Positions 1 to 10,260 of a stretch of 64,000 bases of DNA are shown piece after piece (the stretch's first letter is position 1; every line of letters begins with the position of its first letter). The notes beneath the pieces were generated by a model. That model ran no database searches. It was not told the DNA's origin and was given only the letters and a program-made list of their open reading frames with translations. The stretch is from positions 35,898,001 through 35,962,000 of the forward strand of contig NC_091989.1 in assembly GCF_044704955.1 (NCBI RefSeq), written 5' to 3'. A program made the position numbers and the translations under genes. Source of the DNA: Pristiophorus japonicus. Taxonomy: Eukaryota.

Positions 1-54
1 CCTACTCCCACCACACTGCTGGATATCCAAATTCCCTTCCTGTCCGAATATGTA

Positions 55-502
55 GGATTACAGCGCAGAAACAGGCCATTCGGCCCAACCAGTCCATGCC
101 AGTGTTTATGCTCCTCCTTCCAGCTTTTCTCATCTAACTCTATCAGCATAACCCTCTATTCCCTTCTCCCTCATGTACTTACCTAGCCTCCCCTTAAATG
201 CATCTATACTATTCGCTTCAACCACTCCCTTGTGGTGGTGAGTTCCACATTCTCACCACTCTCTGGGTAAAGGTGTTTCTTCTGAATTCCCTATTAGATT
301 TCTTGGTGACTATCTTATATTGATGGCCTCTAGTGTTGCTGTTCCCCACAAGTGGAAACACTCTCTCTGTATCTACTCTATCAAAATCTTTCCTAATTTT
401 AAAGACCTCTATTAGGTCAACCCTCAGTCTTCTTTTTTCAAGAAAAAAAAAGAGACCCAGCCTGTTCATCCTTTCCTGATAGGTATACCCTCGCATTTCT
501 GA
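55..502 (-). mobile_element. CR1 LINE 3' fragment (ORF2 C-terminus and 3' UTR)
   Basis: ORF 218..496 has the CR1 ORF2 C-terminal motifs LEKRRLRVDLIEVFKI, TRGH and FTQRVVRMWNS, followed by a typical CR1 3' UTR. Confidence 0.85.
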
Positions 503-606
503 TATCTCCTTATGTGGCTTTTTTCAAGGTTTGTTTGATAAGGCCCCCTGGGAAGCACCTTGGGATGTTTTATGACATTAAAAGCGCTATATAAATGTAA
601 GTTGTC
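503..606 (+). mobile_element. L2-type 3' tail fragment
   Basis: gaagcaccttgggatgttttatgacattaaaagcgctatataaatgtaagttg matches, in reverse, the tail of the L2 fragment at ~24790-24850. Confidence 0.6.
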
Positions 607-978
607 ATCAGAAGCTGAAAATGAAGCTTTAACAGTTTCTGAACACTGGCAGAATTTGATGATAATTTACTGGATAGGGATCAACTGCCTCAAAGCATTG
701 ACTATTGTGTCCAGTATGTCTTTCTGCTGTTGGGATTGTTGGATATCCTTTCTCTATGGTTCACTTAGTTACCTTTCTATTTAGTCTTTGGACAATTGGA
801 TATTTGACAGAAGATTGGATCACTTTATTATCTTTGCTGAATTGATAACTTGATGAAATCTTCATATGATCAAGAAACTTTATAAATGTATAGATTGGTA
901 TAGATCATTTACACTGCAATACAATACACAACATGCATTTATTCAGTTACAGAATTACATTTAATTTCCTCTACTTAC

Positions 979-1021
979 TTCATCTGTTTGACTATTGTGC
1001 TTTTACCCGATTCACCAGCAC
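979..1021 (-). CDS. G-protein alpha subunit (Gi/Gt class) coding exon 2, P-loop
   Basis: Minus strand reads ttttcttcatttcatgttacag|GTGCTGGTGAATCGGGTAAAAGCACAATAGTCAAACAGATGAA|gtaagt = (G)AGESGKSTIVKQMK. It is 43 nt, phase 1 to phase 2, the known size and phase of GNAI/GNAT/GNAO exon 2. The remaining exons must lie left of the window. Confidence 0.96.
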
Positions 1022-1404
1022 CTGTAACATGAAATGAAGAAAATAAACAAGACAATAACTCACTTTAATATATTACTCTCCAATGTACTTTCCGGCGAGG
1101 CCGAGAAGCCCTCTGGTTTGCTCGCACTGTTCTTATTTGAGCAAAGAAGACCACCGCTAGCAAATAAGGGAGCCTGAATCTGTGAAAATGTTAAACAATT
1201 CTAATTTATCTGCAATGGGGAAGCTACTGCTACAAATAATATGAAGGGATTCAAGAGACAAGAATACGTGTTGATAAAGAAAGGATGTAATGAGAAGGCA
1301 GCAGGCTTGGGTTAAAATCAATGAAAAAGTAGTGAGTTTTTAGGCCCTAGTATTCTTTTCTTGTTCTTAAAATGTGGTACATTTTCTAAAAACTGGGAGG
1401 ATTT

Positions 1405-1795
1405 GGGGAACTGGATGCTCCAATGGGTCAGACACTGGCCTTTCTCCTCTGGGGCCCCGAGTTCAATTCCTGTGTCTGCTGGCTGTAAGGGTTCTTTGCG
1501 AAAGCTCAGTCCCAAGAGGGTCTCGGCCTCCAGCAGCAAACTGCACCTGATTCAGGCATTGCTTGGCAATCTCACTCCGTGAGACCCCAGGAGGGCTAGT
1601 GTGGGTAAAGGAGAACTGGTGCAGTTGGAGTTGTTCTTCTGGGATTGTGGCTGTTGTGGTGTTGGGGCAGGGTAGAGGGAGCGTGGCTGTGGTGCACCTG
1701 ACCAGGGAGTGCTTGCTGCTGACACTGGGGATCTGAACTTGGAAGAACTCCATTGCCCAGCACCAATACCCTCACCTTTATGAGTAAAAAAAAAG
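1405..1795 (+). mobile_element. Degenerate tRNA-derived SINE-like repeat
   Basis: A-box-like gctccaatggg and B-box-like gagttcaattcc, with an A-rich end at ~1786-1800. Family not assigned. Confidence 0.4.
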
Positions 1796-2004
1796 AAAAA
1801 TCAGAAGACTAAATGCAACAGATTATATTGAAAGGCTAAATGAAATAAAAGGGAGTAATGTAAAACAATCTGTAATACAGGAGCTGCTGCATCCCAAAGA
1901 TCAATGCTAATTTAAGTGACCTAGAGGATTGAGAATTACTTGATTGCTTCTATCGAACTGCATTATTAAAACAATTGGTGCAAAATCCACAATAGCTAAA
2001 TACA

Positions 2005-2240
2005 CCATATGGTGTGGTACTGGGCCACATAGAGCAGGGACGTTCCAGATTCAATCACTGGTCTGGGCTGATTTAGCGGAGGTCATAATCTGGGTACTGC
2101 AATTGGCCACAGCATCCACTAGGTAAGGGAAAGGTTCAATATCAGGTATCCTCTTCTGGAAAATGTAAATCTCTGCGACTCGAGGGGAGGACAAGATTAG
2201 GTTTGGTTTGTTGCTGACATGCAATTAGCCTGTGGACACT
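2005..2240 (+). mobile_element. Old SINE-like repeat (related to 5905-6240)
   Basis: Shares the motif order cccagatt ... ttagc ... aattggcc ... gaggaca with the copy at 5905-6240. Confidence 0.45.
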
Positions 2241-2242
2241 CA

Positions 2243-4078
2243 GGCTGAAATCTTCCCAGCCCTGCCAGTGTGGGTTTGGATGCAGGCCTGTTATCAAATT
2301 GGCCCTGATTGACAACGGGGCAGAAGTCTGCTCTGAACCCACCTCCGTCTCAGTTTCTCAAGTATCGGGTCTGCCTGCGGATCGCAGACCCAACATCAAG
2401 CGGTGGGCCAGTCAATTAAGATGCTTAAGAGGTAATTTGAAGGTATTTAAAAGGATCTTACCCAGGCACTTACCATTTTACCAAGTTTTCAACGCTAGGT
2501 AAGTATATTTGGTTCTCAGTGGCTCTCCATTGCTTTGGTTAGTTGACAGCTGCAAAAGTGGTATAAAAGCTATCATTTCATAGCTGTCCACTTTCCAAAG
2601 TCAGAAGCTGAAGCCTTCAGGATTTGGAAGAAACGTTTGAGCTGTATGCAGTTTGGAAGTGTCTGTAATGAACTCTCTATCCAGTGTCACCTCCTTGGAG
2701 CAACCTCTCTCACCATTGACAGATCGCTTCTGTCGTCTCAACTTCATCTACCATCTATTCCAGCAGCATCGGTGCCCTTGAAAAAAATCTCACCTTGTCC
2801 TCAGAATCCCACCATGATCAGCCCCAACACCAACATCACTAAACACACCAGCATCACCAACAACAATACCAACCTTCTCCGCAATCACCTGATGCTACCC
2901 AGGGCACAGGGCATCAACACATTGCTGCCCGGGAGGTCAGGGATGGCCTCACCATGGCTACATTGACTTCACTTGAAGCTGTGCACCCTGGCTGCCACAT
3001 GATGCACCAGGTTGGCACCACCCCACACCAGCAGCATACATCATCCCTGCAATATCCAAGCCATTCCTTTCACACGCATCACCATTGTGCAGGGTACCCT
3101 TATGTCTAACCACTCACTATAACTCACTAAGCCGCTTCCAAAGGAGTAAACACAAATCTGTCCAAGAAGGCAAATTGTTCAAAATAAAGATTTCAATGTT
3201 TGACAACACATTAGCAGAAACTCTACATGAACATTGGCTAAAAGATCCAAGTGCTTACCATTGTGTGTTGTTAGTTGTTATGAATGGGCAAGGATGAGGG
3301 TGAGTGCGAGAGGTGGCTAGTGAGATGGGGAAGTGATAATATACATAGCGAGAGAGAGGGATGGTTGGAGGTGCAAGATAAGTTGGTGTGAGTAATGAAA
3401 TGCAGGAGTAGGGTAGGGAAGGCAGAGTGATGGGGATGTGATGAGAGGCACAGCAGGATGAGGTTGAGTGTGGCTTTGCAGTAATGTTTCGTGATCTGCT
3501 GAGATCATTGAAAGGTTTGCATCACTGCAGCCAGGTCCTCCTGATGAAATCCCTGCTTGTGCCCTCCTGTGCAATGTTCAACCAGGATGCGTTGGTGTCC
3601 TGGGGAGGTCTCTTCTGCCCATTGGAAGGGAAGAGAAGCTCCCTGCGACTGGAGGGAGTCATGGGAGAGCCTGGGTGCAGCTGTGCACCTTTTTGCAATG
3701 CTTGTCAGTGTTTGCAACACCTCAATGCTGTAGAATACTGACAGACCAGGTCCCTTTAAGGAAACCGGCTGATGACGCTGTGATATCTTATGTATGACCT
3801 CACAAACACACAGGTTTTAAGATGGCTGATAACTTCAGGAACCTGTCAGGTGACCTGTTCCCACTTTATTGTTGTAAACAGCAATGGCTGCATTACCAGT
3901 GGGTGGAGCAGACGCATCATCAGATGACGTCATCAGATCCGTTCCCTGTTAATTGGCCGGGAACCTCACAGGGCGGGCTTAACAAGCCCAATGACGGTAA
4001 AATTGTGTTGAGGTTGGAGCCGGGAGCGGGTTCCCCACACACCACCAATGTCGGCCAATGTTAGCGAAATCACGGCCA
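2243..4078. mobile_element. Highly decayed putative DNA transposon (Harbinger-like)
   Basis: GC-richer block with imperfect GGC-terminal inverted ends (ggctgaaatct / gaaatcacggcc). No intact ORF. Confidence 0.3.
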
Positions 4079-4779
4079 ACATGTGGCTGCAGTCACCCAA
4101 GCTCACTAAAGGTTTCTAAATTGTCAGTGTTTTCAGATGTTGGTGGGCAAATTAATTTCCAAGCTGCATCCTGTGTTTTGCAGGAGGAATATATTAAAAA
4201 CTCAATGAAAGATCTGTAGGAAGTTACTATTTAATAATTCATTTCTCAGATATGCCTGCCTTTAAAGTCAGACCAACTATATAGTCCTTAATAGTCATCT
4301 TACCTCATTAAACACACCAATTTTACATTTATTCCATCAACAAATTATTTACTGATGCACTATCCCATTGAGGCAAAATTGAGTGTGCTGTATTTATCAA
4401 TATATATTCCAAAAGAAACAAATATTTGGATCGATGTTAAAGTTAGGGATTGACGCTGTTAAGGGACCAGAGATCAGTGAAATGATACAAACATTAAACG
4501 CCTTTCAAAAATTCACTTTCATTAACAGGAAACTTTCCGGCCAGCTAGAATGTCTGACAGATAATTATTTTTACATTAGCTAAATAAATCGACAAAGCTC
4601 AGCACAAAGACGTCTTTGTTTAAGGGAAATCGATCTTGGAGCAATAAATCATGCCTCTGCCAAATCACCAGTGCAGTTCTAGTTCAGTCTAAGTGACAGG
4701 TGATCAAAGCAACATTACTCCAGCAAATTGGACCTCGCCATTAAGGGGAAGGTGGGGGGGGGGGGGGGGGGATGCGCAG

Positions 4780-4995
4780 ACCTATAATATGTTTGAACAA
4801 GGATCCCCAGCTGCTTTTCTCCACTCCCTCGGAACATCCAGTCCTGATGAACCACAATTTCCTCCATTTAAACATTGGGAAGACCAAAACCATTGTCTTT
4901 GACACCTGTCATAAAGGTACTCCCTTGCCACTGATTCCATCCCCCAACCTGTCCACTGTCCTTGTTGACCCTGAGCTGAGTTTCTGACCCCATAT
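4780..4995 (+). mobile_element. L2 LINE RT fragment
   Basis: MNHNFLHLNIGKTKTIVF resembles the L2 WM-x-x-N-F-L-x-L-N-x-x-K-T motif. Confidence 0.6.
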
Positions 4996-4997
4996 TA

Positions 4998-5215
4998 AAA
5001 TTATAGAAGTTTACAGCATGGAAGGAGGCCATTTCGGCCTATTGTGTCTGCGCCGCCCAACAAGAGGCTATCCAGCCTAATCCCACTTTCCAGCTCTAGG
5101 TCCGTAACCCTGCAGGTTATAGCACTTCAGGTGCACATTCAAATACTTTTTAAATGTGGTGCGGGTTTCTGCCTCTACCATCCTTTCAGGCAGTGAGCTC
5201 CAGACCCCCATCACC
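4998..5215 (-). mobile_element. CR1 3' end fragment
   Basis: WSSLPERMVEAETRTTFKKYLNVHL...GYGPRAGKWD plus 3' UTR. Confidence 0.8.
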
Positions 5216-5269
5216 AAGATGGTGAGCAAAGGGAAAACTTTAAACAGGTCCACCATAGCAAGTCTCCAT

Positions 5270-5670
5270 CTCCACTTCCTACTCCAGACACTTGAGCACA
5301 TAATCGAAGTTGCGACTTCAGTGTAGTACTAACAGAATTCTGCACTGCCGGAGATGCCATCTTTTGGATGAGCTGTTAAACTGAGTCTCTGTCTGCGCTC
5401 TTTGGTGGACGAACAAAAGATTCCATGGCACTAGTTGAGGAAGAACACAGGAGTTTTCCTGCTGTCCTGGCCAATACTTATCCCTGAAGCAACATCACTA
5501 TCTGGTCATTATCTCACTACTCTCTGTGGGAGCTTGCTGAGCGCAAATTGACTGCCTTGTTTTTGACATTACAACACTTCAATGGTACTTCATTAGCTGT
5601 AAAGCACTTTGGGACATCCTGAGGTCATGAAAGACTCTATATAAATGCCACTTCTTTCCTTCTTTTTTCT
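5270..5670 (+). mobile_element. DeuSINE (SacSINE1-like), degenerate
   Basis: Deu-domain text gatgagctgttaaac...gattccatggcacta...tgtcctggccaatacttatccct...gtgggagcttgctgagcgcaaattg and the tail tatataaatgcca. Confidence 0.75.
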
Positions 5671-5904
5671 TTCCCTGCTGTTGTGACTCTCCAGCAGTGT
5701 GCCAGGAGCCCACCTCCAAATGACCTCAGGGCTGGATATACAGTCGGAGTTAGCAGAATACCTTCAGGGCAGGCAGAAGTCCCCCCTACTCTGGAAATGC
5801 ATTCCAATCCAGGCATGGGTGGGAGAGCAGAAGTCCGAGGCCAAGATCTAAGTTCAAAGATAAAGATACAGCTCATATCCATCATTCATTCCAGCCGCAA
5901 CCAC

Positions 5905-6240
5905 AGCTTACGGCTCGCTTTGTGGCTCAGAGGCTTCAGCCATTGAGTACTACAGTCATACAGAGAAGGAAGGTCCCAGATTTTATCCCCGTTTTATATT
6001 GGGTTAGCAGTCATCTCAATAGGGATGTCTGTTAGGGTGCTATAATTGGCCTCAATCACTTCAAAGTTTCTGCTCCACATCTTTCTCCAGCTGCCCCTGC
6101 TTGAAGTGTCTTTGTATGGACACCGTATGAGGACAGATCAGACTCAACTATCAGCCTGAAATAACCTACTGGCACTCACGATGACGTTCACACAATAAAT
6201 AATTGTTGGGAGACGAGGGGAGGCAGAGAAAACTGGCAAG
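5905..6240 (+). mobile_element. Old SINE-like repeat
   Basis: A-box-like tggctcagagg; body similar to 2005-2240. Confidence 0.45.
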
Positions 6241-6644
6241 AACTTTTTTTTAAATTGGAAGCATTTTCATTTCTTAAAAGTAGATTTTGCAATAATTCAT
6301 GGTAATCACATTCCTCGTGTTTACAGTCCAGTCATGATCGCATAATATATTAAACAAATTACTTAAAAAGGATAAAGACTAAAAAAATTTATAACACTGC
6401 ATTGAAATTCTGTGTACTATACTTCATATTATTACTGTACTCACGTGGCTATATGTAACTTGTTATTTATAACCTTGAGAGCAATTAGAGCAAGCTTTCA
6501 TGGCTACTGAAAGTGCCCGGAATTCTGCAAACTGCTTCAAGTGGGTCTGCATGGAATTAGATTTCATCAGATCATCTGCTCGCAAAATTGGTGTAAATTG
6601 AGAGCAGGTTGCTCCTTTGCCAGAATAGTGTTAAATTCAGTTAC

Positions 6645-6762
6645 CCAACAGCAGTAACTTCACAGTCCTGGCATCTTTCTTTGCATCTTCTTGGATTTCC
6701 TTTTCCAGTTCTTTAGATCTCCTGGCTAATTTCTTATTTTCTGAGCTTGCTGCACTGCCCAT
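6645..6762 (-). CDS. G-alpha first coding exon 1B, transducin/gustducin (GNAT2/GNAT3)-like
   Basis: ATG at 6762; translates [40 protein letters not shown]. It is 118 nt, ends in a phase-1 donor G|gtaact and has an MGxxxS myristoylation motif. By eye it is 30/40 identical to each of human GNAT2 and GNAT3 N-termini as recalled, so the paralogue is not assigned. Confidence 0.95.
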
Positions 6763-7549
6763 AATTTAATGGATCTATTTTGAACCAACTGAGCTGTATT
6801 CGAGACTGAGAAAATATCAAACCGCAAGACCTCCAAAGAGTGGATGTTAAAAGTAAAGCCTTAAGCCCATTTCCACTTCGGCAGCACTGCCTTCTGATCA
6901 GTCTGTTTTGATCCATCATGTGACCCAAGGAATCTAGCAGGATATTCACACATGAAAAGTACCTTTGAAAAAGCTCACTGTGGCGTGTCAGAGATGTAAA
7001 AGAAAGATGACAGAAGTGATCATTCACAGTAGACTTCTGCCGCCAGTTTGAGAGGAGTAAGTGCAATTCTGTTATCAGGTTTCAATAGAAAAATAAAGTG
7101 GGCTATATTAAAACAGGCAGGATTTCTCAAAGTATTTTAATGCAGCTGTTAAAAGAAATATGTAATTATTTAACTTTTGAAAAGAATGAAGTCTACTTTT
7201 GTCTTCATTTTTAGATTTTGTTGCCTTTTTCATATTGTCATGTTTCTTGATATATTTTCATAACAGAAACCATTGCATGAAACAAATAACCTGCTCTACT
7301 AATAAAGGCCAATTCCAGTCCCTTCATCGTCACACTATCTTTTCTTAACTTTGAGTGAGAGGATGGATCCTTACTCTGGAGTGGGTGGCCTTTGTAGTGG
7401 ATCTGTCAAGCTGCATGAGGAGTGTGTATTGCTGGGGAGAATATTCATAAAATCTAGTCCTTGTGTCCTTTTGTAAAAGTCTCATCTGCAGTATTCTGCA
7501 ATTCACGTGCTTTCAGTCTTTCACTATTTCTGGGGTTTTTCTGTATATA

Positions 7550-9229
7550 GCCCCGTATTTTGCAGCCCCTATGAACTTACGAGGTGCACACACGCCCGTA
7601 CAGGCCGCACAGGTTCCGGGTTTTTGCTTGCGAAGCACATGCTCAAAAACACGGAACTTGCGATCTGTCAAAAATCTTCTCGAAAGATCCAACACATCCG
7701 CAGGGAAAGGGTATCCGTGGCTGGAGACTTGAGCTCTGTGCCCAATTTCTGCCCAGCGAAAGGCCATGAAATTCTTACGGTGGCTATTTAAACGCTTACG
7801 GTGGTAAGCCTGTTTTTACCACAGTAAGAGTTTAAATGAACATAAAAATTAATCATTTCAACATTAAAACACCTGAAAATAAGGCACGGTTATTTTTAGC
7901 CCCTTTAAAACATTTACATTAATTTAAATTTTTGTGTTAAATATTTAATTAAATAGCATTTTAATTCATTTTAAATATGTTACTTATTTATTTATTACAT
8001 TTATAAAATGTATTTATTTTATTTATTTGATGTGTATTGTTTGGGGTCATCATCGTCATAGGCAGTCCCTCTAAAAGTGAGTTTTCAGGTGACTGTACAG
8101 TCCAATGCGGGAATTACAGTCTCTGTAACTGGTGGGACAGACAGTGGTTGAAGGAAAGGGTGGGTGGGGAGCCTGGTTTGCCGCACGCTCCTTCCGCTGT
8201 CTGCATTTGGTTTCTGCTTGCTCTCGGCGACGAGACTCGAGGTGGTCAGCACCCTCCCGGATGCTCTTCTTCCACTTTGGGCAGTCTTGGGCCAGGGATT
8301 CTCAGGTGTCGGTGGGGATGTTACACTTTATCAAGGAGGCTTTGAGGGTGTCCTTATAGTGTTTCCTCTGCCCACCTGGGGCTCGTTTGCCGTGCCGGAG
8401 TTCCGAGTAGAGCGCTTGCTTTGGGAGTCTCGTGTCCGGCGTGCGGATGATGTGGCCTGCCCAACGGAGCTGGTCGAGCGTGGTAGTGCTTTGATGCTGG
8501 GGATGTTGGCCTGGGTGAGAACACTGATGTTGGTGCATCTATCCTCCAAGTGGATTTGCAGGATCTTGCGGAGGCATCGTTGGTGGTACTTCTCCAGCGC
8601 TTTGAGGTGTCTATTGTATATGGTCCACGTCTGAGCCATATAGGAGGGCAGGTATCACTACAGCCCTGTAGGCCATAAGCTTTGTGCCAGATTTGAGATC
8701 CTGGTCTGCAAACACTCTCTTGCTCAGGCGACCGAAGGCTGCGCTGACACACTGGAGGAAGTGTTGGACCTCGTCATCGATGTCTGCCTTTGCCGATAAT
8801 AGGCTCCCGAGGTATGGAAAATGGTCCACGTTGTCCAAGGCCGAGCCGTGGACTTTGATGACCGGGGTGGGGAGCAGTGATGTCTGGCGGGGTCAGGTTG
8901 GTGGAGGACCTTTATCTTACGGATGTTTAGCGTAAGGCCCATGCTTTCGTATGAACCCGGTGAAGGTGTTGATGGTATTCCCATTCATGCTCATAGGGAT
9001 TCCGTACATGAATGGAGATCTTCTTTCATTCGTTGGGCCAGTGCACGTGATTCCAGGGGTGCTTGCGAAACATACGCGCCCCGGGATACGTGAGCCTTTA
9101 CCCGTGGATACACAGAGAGGTCCAGGAGTGCGAGTCGCCATGGATCCCGAGGCCACAGGTAGGCACGGATCATCTTTGCGGATCAGAGTCGTTGCCCCGC
9201 AGGAAGCCTCCAATCGCAAATTCAGGGGC
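7550..9229. mobile_element. Non-autonomous TIR DNA element interrupted by an RTE LINE
   Basis: Imperfect terminal inverted repeats gccccgtattttgc / gcaaattcaggggc, CpG-rich subterminal arms and an AT-rich core. Confidence 0.5.
8046..8975 (-). mobile_element. RTE (BovB-like) LINE 3' fragment, frameshifted
   Basis: VDHFPYLGSLLSAKADIDDEV; LRWAGHIIRTPDTRLPKQALYSELRHGKRAPGGQRKHYKDTLK; tail gagggactgcctatgacgatgatga. Confidence 0.9.
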
Positions 9230-10260
9230 ATTATTTAATAAATGACTGATCCAACTGCTGAAGGCAAATATTCCGATAAGCAGGTTTTTTCATGGCATCC
9301 CAGCACCACCAATAAAGCAGGGCGGATCCCCCAGTGTCAGAAGCTGTCCTTGTATCACTGGGACCTGGTTTGTTCCAGCATCCTCAGTGAACACGTACCA
9401 TCAACATCAGTGATTGCACTTTCTGTTGCTTAGCAACATGCAGGTTCAAAATATGGTCTTCACAGTCTCTGGCTGCAATGTTTTGACATACCACCCAATC
9501 TTAGAAAAAGGTATTAACAAATAAATAAAAATAAATAAAAGCACTGGGCTGAGAAATTCCCCTTAAAATAAATATATTTTTCAGCTTAATTGAACGAGTC
9601 CTGTTGTTATTTGAGAGTTATGTTCCTAATAGCTTCATATCTTAACAAATGCTCGGCTGACAATTGTAGTTGCAAAGGATATGAATAATTAGTGACTACT
9701 TTCAAACAGCAAATTAAACTGTCAGAAAATAATACAATATAGTAGAATGCAATTACATGGCAATTAGAAATGATGGTAAAAAAACTCAATGAACATTGTT
9801 TGCTGCACAAACCACTGACAAAATGACAGGTAGCTAGATGTTTGTGCAAATACATTTCTATGTGTATATCATATTGTAAGTGATTCTTCCAGCATTAGAA
9901 CCGCAGTCTGTTCAAATACCAACACATACCTAATGTCTACTGAGGTTATATTGAGGCTTTATACTATGCTGGTCAGAGCACACTCAGAGAGGCTTCTCTA
10001 CCATTTTGGCCAGGCTTCAAAAGAGGCATACATGCATTGAGAAGAGTTCACAGAAAATTAATAAGACACCAAGTGTAAACGGGATGAACCATCCATGAGG
10101 AACGATTTGAGAAATTTAACATGCATTTAAATGACAAGTTATACACCTGTCTCCTGGTCTTTCGCATATTTTGAACTCTCAGATCAGGTTAACCTTAATC
10201 ATTCTGTGGTTGCTGACTTCCATTCCCTGTACGTTTCTAGGCCTTGGGGTTTATGAATAC

